This document shows, piece by piece, positions 40,287 through 50,740 of a stretch of DNA of 64,000 bases. The stretch is from Octopus bimaculoides. Lineage: Eukaryota. The notes under the pieces are model-generated. The model searched no databases. It was not told where the DNA came from and saw only the letters and a program-made list of their open reading frames with translations. The DNA lies in NCBI RefSeq assembly GCF_001194135.2, contig NC_068987.1, positions 11,088,588 to 11,152,587 on the forward strand. The letters are read 5' to 3'. Position 1 is the first letter of the stretch; each line of letters starts with the position of its first letter. The position numbers were made by a program, and so were the translations under genes.

Positions 40287-40440
40287 TGGCACAGGCATAG
40301 CTGTGTGGTTGACAAACTCGCTGTGCAACCACACGGTTTCAAGTTCAGTCCCACTGTGTGACACCTTGGCAAGTGCCTTCTATTATAGCCCTAGCCAATC
40401 AATTGCCTTGGTGTTGGAAGCCTATTGTATGTGTGTTTGT
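40287..40440 (+). mobile_element. SINE family A, 5' half
   Basis: Head and CCTTGGCAAGTG motif. Confidence 0.75.
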
Positions 40441-40760
40441 GTGTATCTGTGTTTTCCCCACTTTCCACATCTTCAGAACCAGTATTAATTTGTTTAGGCA
40501 CAGGGTAATACTTGTGGGTGTTCTCGGTAACACACTCTGACACTATCACCTCCCTAGTTATCCATACTTTCTATATTTAATTTAAGCCTGCAAAGTTGCC
40601 TATTTTCAACTATGTTTTGGCTATTTATCAGTGTCAATGTTTGTTTTTTGGTTGTCTATCAATATCTGTCTTGACATCTATTCTTCTGAGTTTTTCCCCC
40701 CCTCCTACTGTAGTTAGACATTTTACAGTGCTTTGTAAAAAGTATTCACACAAAGAGCAC

Positions 40761-41230
40761 ACCCATCCCAATGCTACACTGAAAGCACTTGTGATGGTAT
40801 CACATAAGAAGCACATGTGCTGATACCCTGTAAAAAACACTTGTGCTGCTGTTACGCAGAGAGCACTCATGCCGGTGCCACGCAGAGAGCACACATGCTG
40901 GTGCCACAATAAAGCACTTGTGCTGGTGTTACATACAAAGCACTCTTGCAGTGCCATGTACAGAACATTTGTACCAGTGTCACATAAGAAGATCTTATGC
41001 TGGCACCATGTACGAGCACCTGGGCTGGTACCATGTGAAAAGTACACTCTGTAGAGTGGTTGGCATCATCAAGGGTATCCAGGTGTAGGAACCATGCCGG
41101 AACAGACAACTGGAATCTGGGCTAATCTCTGGCTTACCAGCTCCTGTCGAACCGTCCCAACCCATGCCAGCATAGAAAACAGACATTAAATGATGATGAT
41201 GATGATCATCATGGTGATGGTGATGGTGAT
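40761..41230 (+). mobile_element. RTE-tail SINE (family C) with an expanded ~26-bp tandem array
   Basis: About 11 degenerate units ending AGCAC, then GAGTGGTTGGC...GGGTATCCAG and (GAT)n tail. Confidence 0.8.
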
Positions 41231-41319
41231 GGTGATGATCATGGTATTTTAGTCCCAATATTAGACTGTTTTCATCATATGCCTGAGACTGTTGTTGTCA
41301 TTATTTCTTTCACCACCAG

Positions 41320-41351
<32 letters not shown>

Positions 41352-41499
41352 TCATCAGATATCATCAGCTTTCAAGTATTTGGATCTTCATCTCATTCTG
41401 CCTTGTGCTGTCCTTTATATATATATATATATATNNNNNNNNNNNNNNNNNNNNNNNNTATATATATTCAGTGTATTTTATGTCAGTCTGATATTCTTG

Positions 41500-41812
41500 A
41501 TATTATCTGTCAACGTAATTCTTAGTTGTTCTTCTTCCCTTACCATTTATTCCGCCTTCTATTAACTGTCTCCTCTGTAAACCTTTTTTATTTTTTGGCT
41601 TTTGTTTTTAATTAAATGTCCTAAGTATTTTAGTTTTCTCTCTTTGATGGTGTCTGATAGAACTTGCTTTAATTTCTACTATTTTTAGAACTTCATGCTT
41701 TGTCAAAGACATTCTGAAAAGACTTTCTGTATTCCTTCATTTCAAAGGGCTCATACTTTTATTCATTCATGTTTGGATTTCAACTCCATATAGTAGGGTG
41801 GACCACACACAC
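41500..41812 (-). mobile_element. RTE-clade LINE fragment, ORF2 C-terminal region
   Basis: VWSTLLYGVE..FEM..., TIKERKLKYLGHLI, RQLIEGGINGKGRR...DNIK across frameshifts. Confidence 0.75.
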
Positions 41813-41834
41813 ATACATAGATATTACTGATATA

Positions 41835-41882
<48 letters not shown>

Positions 41883-42287
41883 GTAGTTGTATGCTGTCAA
41901 CTTAATGTGTGATAGTTACCGTGAAGGGAATAATACTAGTGCTATTTAGCCCAAGGAAACAGCACCGCTTACTGTCAGCCTTCACACATTTCCTGTGTCT
42001 TTATGTTTACAAGGGGGAGATAAGCACCTCCACCCAGCTAAGCCTGCATCCAGAGGTTAGTTTCTGAGTCATTGCTCGTCTTCAGTCTGGAGTAGCATGG
42101 CTTGCTAGTTGGAAATGCCTATCTAGCTCTTGTAAACATATAAGGCTGACAGGAAGCTGTGCTGCTTCCTAGGGCTAAATAGCAGTAGTATTATTCCCTT
42201 CATGGGACTGTCACATTAAGTTGACAGCATACAACTACTTTATCATATCACTACTGCATAAATCTCTCTGAGAGATTTAGAAATGTA

Positions 42288-42329
<42 letters not shown>

Positions 42330-42815
42330 GTCATCTTCATCATCATCATTATTATTTAAAATCTGTTTTCCATGCTGGCATGGGTTGGATGGTTTGACTG
42401 AAAATTGGTAAGCCAGGAAGCTGTACCAGGTTCCAATCTGATTTAGCATGGTTTCTACAGCTGAATACCCTTCCTAACATCAACCACTCCGAGAATGTAG
42501 TGAGTGCTTTTTATGTGCCACCGATATGGGTGCCAGTTGCAAAACACCGGCATTGACCACAGCTACAATTTCACTTGGCTTGACAGGTCTTCTCAAGCAC
42601 AGTATATTGCCAAAGGTCTTGGTCATTTGTCTCTGCTTCCGTGAGACCCAAAGTTCGAAGGATGCTTTTTACATACCACCGGCACAGGTGCCAATTATGC
42701 AACATTGGCGTCAGCCATGACTATAATTGCATTTGGCTTGACAGATCTTCTCCAGCATGGCATATCATCCAACATTCGAAGGGTGCTTTTTACGTTTACA
42801 TGTCACTGACATGGG
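42330..42815 (-). mobile_element. RTE-tail SINE (family C), long form
   Basis: (CAT)n tail, 3' block, internally duplicated central domain with GTGCTTTTTA motifs. Confidence 0.75.
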
Positions 42816-42879
42816 TGCCAGGCTTCTTTCAGTTTCCATCTACCACTTCTACTTCCAAGACTTTGATTGACTCAAAGCT

Positions 42880-43055
42880 ATCATAGAAGACCCTTAGTTT
42901 TTTCCTTGTTTCCTTCTTACTACTGCTGTTTTGCTTCCAGTACAGTCTTGTTATTATTCGAAGGGCTTTATTACATATGTTGAAGATCTTCTTAAGGTAT
43001 AGAATAAACAAATTAGAGGACAATACACAGCCTTGTTTAACTCCTTTCTTAATCC
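42880..43055 (-). mobile_element. RTE-clade LINE fragment, RT core
   Basis: IKKGVKQGCVLSSNLFILYLKKIF (GVRQGC motif) and LRIITRLYWKQ/TAVVR. Confidence 0.8.
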
Positions 43056-43517
43056 CTTAGTATTCAAACTACTCTGTCAAATGTAATGCCTATTTATTCA
43101 CATTGTTTCCAATTAATTCGCCTTATCTCTTAGCTTTGAGATTTGGATGATGTGATTGTATATTTTTAGAATGACACAGGGCATATCATTATTATCATTA
43201 TTATTATTATTATTATTATTGTTATAGGATTGAGGTAACTCCTCCAGTAGGTATACAGAAGCAAAAGAAAGAAGAGTGCCATTGTTATCAAGTGAACGAT
43301 AGTTCGGCATCTAGCAGGCCTTCTTTTTTTTTGCTTGTGGAAGAGTTGCCTCAGTCCTATAAAATATTACCAAGAATGAAGTAGATTGACAAGTTTATTT
43401 TTTGAACCTGTGAAAGGAACACTAGATGCCGAAATATCGTTCACTTGATAACAATGGCACTCTTCTTTTCTTCTTTTTTTTTGCTTCTATCATCATCATC
43501 ATCATCATCATCATCAC

Positions 43518-43557
<40 letters not shown>

Positions 43558-43569
43558 TTCATTTTCATT

Positions 43570-43900
43570 TTCGTTTATTCTTTCTGTGATTCTTTGTCAG
43601 TTGATGGATAGTTATAGTTTAGTCACGACTCACCAAGTTTATGGTTCTATGCTGCAGTCTTGAGCTTTTGGTCGTACGGCAGGAATGACATGAAGCCAGT
43701 TCGTTTCATCTCAGAACATTGCCCACTCTCATCCATTACTTTACATACGTCTGTTCTTAGATTGCGATTGCAGTTACATGTTTTAATGCTTTTGCTAGTA
43801 TTTCGTCTGTTCCAGCTACCTTCCCATCTTCCATTGTATTTATTGCATATTCTACTTCTTTGAAGATTTCAGACAAGAGTTAGTCTGGCTTTCAGATTCT
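43570..43900 (-). mobile_element. RTE-clade LINE fragment, RT N-terminal region
   Basis: EIFKEVEYAINTMEDGKVAGTDEILAKALKH and KAQDC../RTINLVS motifs (EV..AI..MK.GKAPG.D; NYRTI.L.S). Confidence 0.75.
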
Positions 43901-43992
43901 TCTAGTTTTCTATCTGTTGCCATAGTTTGTTAACACTCAAACTTCACTCAACATCCACCTGGTTATTTCTAAGTCTACCACTTTTGTGTTTG

Positions 43993-44615
43993 ACCCATTA
44001 GTATTCAGATAACGCTATCAAATGTAATGTTTGTTTTACTCTCATTGTTTTAAATTAATCATACATAGGCACAGGAGTGGCTGTGTGGTAAGTAGCTTGC
44101 TTACCAACCACATGGTTCCGGGTTCAGTCCCACTGCATGGCACCTTGGGCAAGTGTCTTCTACTATAGCCTTGGGCCGACCAAAGCCTTGTGAATGGATT
44201 TGGTAGGCGGAAACTGAAAGAAGCCCGTCATATATATGTTTGTGTGTCTGTGTTTGTCCCCCCACTATCGCTTGACAACCAATGCTGGTATGTTTACGTC
44301 CCCCGTAACTTAGCAGTTCGGCAAAAAGAAACCAATAGAATAAATACTAGGCTTACAAAGAATAAGTCCTGGGGTCGATTTGCTCGACTAAAGGCGGTGC
44401 CCCAGCATGGCCGCAGTTAAATGACTGAAACAAGTAAAAGGGTAAAGAGTAAATCATACATCATCTTGTTACTTCAAGATTTCGATCACGTGATTGTATA
44501 CTTTTATAATGACATGATAGGATAGGTGTAAGAGGCCAGATCTGGCTTGTTTGAACATGGAATATAATCTACATATTTGGGCTGGATATGGCCAGTTTAA
44601 CTGCTAAAGGGCTAA
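43993..44615 (+). mobile_element. piggyBac-like MITE family 1 interrupted by a SINE-A insertion
   Basis: MITE body split at AATCATACAT, which is duplicated either side of the SINE (44057-44066, 44452-44461). Confidence 0.75.
44068..44451 (+). mobile_element. SINE family A, full length with 10-bp TSD
   Basis: Complete element flanked by AATCATACAT direct repeats. Confidence 0.95.
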
Positions 44616-44624
44616 ACTGGCCGT

Positions 44625-44825
44625 ATTCATCCCTAATATTCAACCTGTCGTTATGTTAAAACCAGCCAGATCCAGACTTTCACACCTACCCTGCAATGTC
44701 ATCCTAAAAATAGACAAGCATATCAGCAAAATCTCAAAGCTACAAGACAGTACATGATTTATTCAAGACAATGTGAATAAATAAGCATTACAATTGACCG
44801 AGAAACCGGAATGGTAAAGGGTTAA
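44625..44825 (-). mobile_element. piggyBac-like MITE family 1
   Basis: Reverse-complement body ending GGTAAAGGG|TTAA. Confidence 0.65.
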
Positions 44826-45972
44826 GCTGTTTGGCAAAGAGCAGCTAAAAGAGAGAGGGAGAACCTTTAGTTACCTGGCCCTTAAATAATGGAACAATGT
44901 ATTAATTGAATTTAATTTATTGACTGCGCAACTTGATAGAAGGTGGTGGTGGCGGCGGCGGTGATGGTTTTTGGCAATGACAATGGTGGTGGTGGTGGTG
45001 GTGGTGGTGGTGACGAAGGTTGGCACAAGCTTAATACATAATCTGCTTTTTACAAGACAAAGCAAATTGCAGAGTTATCTTGACATATGAAGCACTAAGC
45101 TTCACAGAAACTACACAACATATATAGGCACGTGTTGCTTTTCACTTATTGTTTATATTTATCTTTTTTCCTTCTTTTTTTTTTCTTTTTTTTTTTTGGT
45201 TAATTTTTCATTTTTCATAATTAAGATATTAGTTTTTTTTTTAAATTTCTAGAACTGAGTGTATTAACTAATTACGAACCTTTTGCAGATTCTTCATTAT
45301 ACAAATATTTAAAATTTATTCACCTCGGGTTTAAAAAAATTTTTTTCTTTTTCTTCTCTTATTTTGAGAAGAACTCACATTTATCTATAATATATATATA
45401 TATATTTTTTAATGTTCTTTAAAAAAAAAAAAAAATTAATCTGTTAAAGTTGCTAACTAGCAACTTCACAGTTGATTTTCTAACCTTAAGGTAAGTCTTC
45501 TAAATTAGAATGTCAAAAAGGAATCGCATCTTTCGTTGACAAAAGATATTACATAATGAATCCGAAGAATAGCAGTAACTATACTTTCACATTAATTAGA
45601 ATATAACAGCCACATAAAAAAACAAAATAAAAATATAAAATAAAATATAATTGAAATTGAGCTTCCTGTTTCTGAATTAACTTTGATTAGTAACTAAAAT
45701 ATATATATATGGTTTTCTAGTTTATTCTGACATATCTGCATAGCCTCTGCAACTGTTTTAAATGTAGTTTTGATATCATTTTGTATTTCTCTTGGAAAAT
45801 ATGTCCCCTTTTCCAACCAGTTTTCCCTACCAACTCGCTTTGAACCCAAATTGAACTCTATAAACTCAACCAATTATAACTGGTGCTATGTGGATTGGCT
45901 CTGCACTAACACTTTCCCTCCTACTTCATTAGCATTTGGCTTTCTTACAATATTCTCATCTTCTCTTTGCAG

Positions 45973-46022
45973 CAGTTGCTAAGTGTCTTTCAACAATCTC
46001 AAGCAATTGGGTTAGTGTAGAG
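45973..46022 (+). CDS. Candidate 50-nt exon (-VAKCLSTISSNWVSVE)
   Basis: TCATCTTCTCTTTGCAG acceptor (NAGNAG) and GAG|GTAACG donor; one open frame. Confidence 0.3.
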
Positions 46023-46257
46023 GTAACGATGCCAAAATTAAAACTTGTCAGCGAATGGTTCAGGGCCTACTAGCTTCAAATCATACTTTGGCAGGGTTTG
46101 CTTTAACATTCTTTCTTCTGAGGACAATTCTGTATCTCTGAGACTCATTATTCTCTTGGAGACCGAATAAAGAAATTTAGTTTGATCAAGTATAAGATGT
46201 GCTTAAACTAACCAGGAGCTGGGACTCGCAGTTGAGTAGCTGGCTGTTAAATGTAAA

Positions 46258-46570
46258 TATTGGTGAAGGTGTGGTTGTGTGGTACGAAACTTGCTTCCCA
46301 ACTACATGGTTCTGGGTTCAGTCCCACTGCATGGCACCTTGGGAAAGTGTCTTCTTCTATAGCCTCAGTCCGACCAAAGCCTTGTGAGTGGATTTGACTG
46401 GCAGAAGCTAAAAGAAGCTCATGTACATCCCTGTGACTCAACTGTTCAGCAAAAGAGATTGATAGAACAAATACCAAGCTTGAGAAGAAAATAAACAATA
46501 AATACTGGCAGTTGATTTGTTTGCCATCACCTTACATGGCTACAGTTCAGTGACTGTAACAAATAAAAAA
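46258..46570 (+). mobile_element. SINE family A, internally deleted
   Basis: Head at 46258; tail motifs to about 46570. Confidence 0.75.
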
Positions 46571-46761
46571 TATCGATACCATCTTAAAACTGTGAGAGCA
46601 TGTGGGACAGTGCCACCCTGGGTATGCTGAAAACAAAAAAACAAACAAAAACAAACAGACAGGATGGTCAAATTCTGTAATGTCTTTTATTGTACATAGG
46701 TCAGATTGATAACTAAACAATAATAGAAACAAAATGTTTGAATAATATAAAGTATGGTAGG

Positions 46762-47200
46762 TACAGGCGTGGCTGTGTGGTAAGAAGTTTCCTTCTCATC
46801 ACATGGTTCCAGGTTCAGTCCTACTGTGTGGCACCTTCAGCAAGTGTCTTCTACTATAGCCTTGGGCCAGCCGAAGCCTTGTGGTTGGATTTGGTAGGGA
46901 GAAACTAAAAGAAGTCGAGGTCAATTTTGCCTTTCATCCTTTTAGGGGTCGATAAAATTAAGTACCAGTTACGCACTGGGGTCGATGTAATCAACTTAAT
47001 CCCTTTGTCTGTCTTTGTTTGTCCCTTCTATGTTTAGCCCCTTGTGGGCAGTGTGTGTGTTTTCACCACCACCACTTGACAACTGGTGTTGGTGTGTTTA
47101 CATCCTGGTTACTTGGCATTTCACCAAAAGAGCCCAACAGAATAACTACCAGGCTTTACAAAAAAAAAAATAAGTTTAAGTACCGGGGTTGATTTTTAGT
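46762..47200 (+). mobile_element. SINE family A with a SINE family E 3' part inserted (about 46915-47050)
   Basis: A head, then GAGGTCAATTTTGCCTTTCATCC...CCCTTGTGGGCAG, then A 3' half. Confidence 0.75.
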
Positions 47201-47412
47201 GAGAGTGGTCACTAATTTAAAGTATGAAAGTGTTCGTGACAAAGTCCATTAAATGAGCTTTTGAGGAGCATTTGTAATGAATGTCAGAAAGCAGTTTTTA
47301 AACAAAACATTGTATAGGAAACATTGTGTATTGAAATAGGAACGGGTGCTGACAAGTATCAAGAGGTGTAGCCTGTACGTGTATGTGAGTCAGGTAAAGT
47401 ATGATAACTTAC

Positions 47413-47650
47413 TTTTGCCCAAAATGGTTCTGCTGGAAGCCATTGTAAGCTAATTGGAACAAAACTAGCTGAAACGAAAATACACAGTTCTTTATGAGGC
47501 AGAGTTGAAGCTGATGTCATCCAGACTTTCGAGGAGTGAAGTTAACATAACTGAACTAGACTGGTCAGGAGGTGAACTGTTACTGTTGTGCCATCTTTTC
47601 ACCAACTGCTGTTTGTATTCCTATGCATCCAGCCCTGATTGGCTGGAGCA
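47413..47650 (-). promoter_or_regulatory. Candidate promoter and first exon
   Basis: AGCCAATCA (47636-47644), AAGATGGC (47590-47597), ATG at 47443 reading MASSRTILGK, GTAAGT donor at 47412. Confidence 0.3.
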
Positions 47651-48151
47651 TGCCACAGCACAACTGTGCTATACCGCAGCAACACAAATAGCTTTCCTGA
47701 CTCACTACAGATTCATTCAACTAAAAAAGAATTCTTCGAGGTGAAGCCCCAACATGGCTACAGTCTAATGACTGAAACAAGTAAAAGATAAAAGATGTGT
47801 GTTTCTTTGTGTCTGTGTTTACCCCTCCACCACTACCACAAGTACCGAGGTCTGTTCATCCAGCTAAAGATTTCTGAAGGCAGTGCCCCAGCATGGTCGC
47901 AGTCTAATGACTGAAACAAGTAAAGGATAAATGATACAGTTCGGAACTTAGCATTTATATTACTTCAAGTATTTTTGGTATCTCCATCCTTCATAGTATT
48001 CCTTCTGTTTATTATTACGGTCTTAGTTGGTTACCATTAAATTTCTTGGTTAATTAGCTACTGAATGAAGGCTCTTTTGTTAAATTACATGCTGGTACTT
48101 CTCTGTGAGGTTTGTAAATCATCAGTTTTTCTCGTTTTATAAATTGATCTC

Positions 48152-48204
48152 ATGGGTGAGAGAATCACTATGGCAAGTGTTAACACGACAATAGCAGCAA
48201 CAAG
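48152..48204 (+). CDS. Candidate first coding exon (MGERITMASVNTTIAAT-), unknown protein
   Basis: ATGs at 48152 and 48170, donor AAG|GTTTGT, phase 2 compatible with the next candidate exon; CpG-richer context. Confidence 0.3.
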
Positions 48205-49083
48205 GTTTGTTTCAATAGAATTTCTTATTTCGTGCAATAATTTATTCTGCTATTTTGATGTTAATGTTGCCAGTTTAATTCGGTTTGTTGCTGAAGGTTT
48301 AAATTTGTTAAATTGCAAAAGGAAAAATATTAAAATTCGAAGATGGAGGAGAGGAGTGTGGGGGAAATAAATAAATAAATATATAAATAAATACATAAAT
48401 AACATAAATTTTTCAAAAAACGGCCGAGCATTGAAAAACCATGTGACTGAATAGAGCAAAGACTTAAGATCCTGTTATAATAAAAGACGATAATAAAAAG
48501 GGGTTTATGATTTTTTTTTTTTTTTTTTTTTTTACATTCAAATCTACAAAAATTTAGTTTTTATTTTATTATCTTGATTTAAATGCAAATGATTAGATCG
48601 CTGGAGGTGTTTTATTTTATTCAATTTTTATTTCCATTGTATCATTTTTTTATATATATATATTTTTTTTCATTCATTCACGTTATTGATTTTTCATGTT
48701 TTCCAATTTTCAACCTTACTACCACAATACAATGGTGAGGTAGGGTTTACCAACCTTTTTGCGTATGGTTCTCACTCAATTCCGTACTGCAGTGATGGGC
48801 ACCAAAAGTAATTTAGCAGCTCATAAATTTTTATGAAGTCTTCTAACGTTCGCTATAAAACAACTTCCTATGGAAAAGGTTGATGAATGTTTGGTTCTGG
48901 CGGAGCCTTAAAATATTGATTAGTTTCATTTTGGTTCCAGTAACTCTTCGCATAAAGTAAAGTTTTAAAATAGGAACAAGATTCTTTATTAGTTAAAGCT
49001 AAAGACTGAACTTGTTCATCTGTTGTGAACATTTTCTATTCTTTTTTTTTTCTGTCTTTTTTTTTTTTCTTTTTGTCTTGCAG

Positions 49084-49111
49084 CATAAAAATTCCAGGCA
49101 TTAGTACTTTG
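49084..49111 (+). CDS. Candidate 28-nt exon (-IKIPGISTL)
   Basis: Very long polypyrimidine tract + TTGCAG acceptor, TTG|GTAAAT donor, only the phase-2 frame is open. Confidence 0.4.
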
Positions 49112-49544
49112 GTAAATGGTTTAATAGAATCGATTCCTATTTGGTTTGTGGCATGTGGTGAGAAGATTTTATTTCAAGCAATTGCGAAAGAGAGAAAGAA
49201 AAAGGAGAAATGGCACGAGAGACATGCACGCCCATTCACATCTGTATCTGCCATGTTTTTGTGTGTGTATGTGCATGCATGTGTGTGTGTGTGTGTGTGT
49301 GTGTAAAAAGACATGCCTACTTTTCTTAATTTTATTTTATGATGTTGCTTATGGAACATACAATATTGTAGTCAAAGATTCTAATCAATTTGTCTTCTAG
49401 TTTTATAGCCCAGTGTGGTATTTAAAACATTGGGTATATTAATTATTTATTGTTGGTGTTTTTTGCCAAGATCAGTTCTGACTGAGCAGACCTGTGATTA
49501 AATATATTCCCACCATGCCCTTCACTTCATAATATACTCAGGGT

Positions 49545-49926
49545 TGTTGGTACTCCGTCGCTTATGACGACGAGGGTTCCAGTTGATCCGATCAACGGAA
49601 CAGCCTGCTTGTGAAATTAACGTGCAAGTGGCTTAGCACTCCACAGACACGTGTACCCTTAACGTAGTTCTCGGGAATATTCAGCGTGACACAGTGTGAC
49701 AAGGCTGACCCTTTGAATTACAGGCACAACAGGAACAGGAAGTAAGAATCAGAGAAAGTTGTGGTGAAAGAGTACAGCAGGGTTCGCCACCATCCCCTGC
49801 TGGAGCCTCGTGGAGCTTTAGGTATTTTCGCTCAATAAACACTCACTATGCCCGGTTTGGGAATCGAAACCGCGATCCTATGACCGCGAGTCTGCTGCCC
49901 TAACCACTGGGCCATTGCGCCTCCAC
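49545..49926 (-). mobile_element. SINE family D2 (tRNA-derived), full length with 11-bp TSD
   Basis: Head GGAGGCGCAATGGCCCAGTGG...GGTTTCGATTCCC; flanked by ATACTCAGGGT at 49534-49544 and 49927-49937. Confidence 0.95.
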
Positions 49927-50149
49927 ATACTCAGGGTATCATTATGCTATATATCCTTTCTTTTTAAGAAAAGGATATGGCAAGGATATGATATCTGAGG
50001 GGATTTGGCTATTATTCCTTATTAGCTTGTTAATTATGAATTTCAATCAATATACAGGTGCAGGTGTGGCTGTGTGGTCTTGGGTTCAGTTCCACTGTTT
50101 GGTACCTAGGGCAAAGTGCTTTCTATTATAATCCTTGGTCAACACAAAT

Positions 50150-50706
50150 ACAAATGCATCATGTAAAAATGCACCCATGCTGGTGCCATATAAAAAGCTC
50201 CCAGTACACTCTGTAAAGTGGTTGGTACCAGGAAGGGTATCCAGCTGTTGAAACCCTGCCAAAACAGACGGTTAGAGTCTGGTGAGGTTCTCTGGCTTGC
50301 CAGTTCCTGTCAAACCAGCCATTCCATGCCAGCATTAAAAACGGATATATAATGACGATAATGATGATGATGGTGATAACAATGACGATGATGATGATGA
50401 TGATAACAATGATGACGACAATGATGATGATATATATGTGACAGGTTTCTTTAGGTGTATGTGCAACCTCATCTTGATGTTGTGACAAGCATCACTCACA
50501 GTAATTACAAGCAATGACGTTCATTACGGATCTTCGTGAAATGCTTTGTCTGGCTTTAGGGGAATTATTGCCTTGCTTGGGAGACAGATGAGGGTTGGTG
50601 ACAGAAAGGGCATCCGCCTGTAGGAAATCTGCCTCAACAAATTCCTCGTCCATGCAGGACAAGTGGACACTAAATGATGATGGCGGTGGAGGTGGTAAGA
50701 ATGGCA

Positions 50707-50739
<33 letters not shown>

Positions 50740-50740
50740 G
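50150..50740 (+). mobile_element. Two adjacent RTE-tail SINE 3' parts
   Basis: AGGAAGGGTATCCAGC...(GAT)n at 50150-50440 and GAAAGGGCATCCGCC...(GAT)n at 50470-50740. Confidence 0.75.

Noticed and set aside
40761-41045. CRISPR-like array
   Set aside because: Units are contiguous and degenerate with no conserved repeat/unique spacer alternation; embedded in a SINE in a eukaryotic genome; no cas genes.
48740-48895. hAT-type MITE (AGGGTTTACCAACCTTTT...AAAAGGTTGATGAA)
   Set aside because: TIR match is poor, no 8-bp TSD, single copy in the window.
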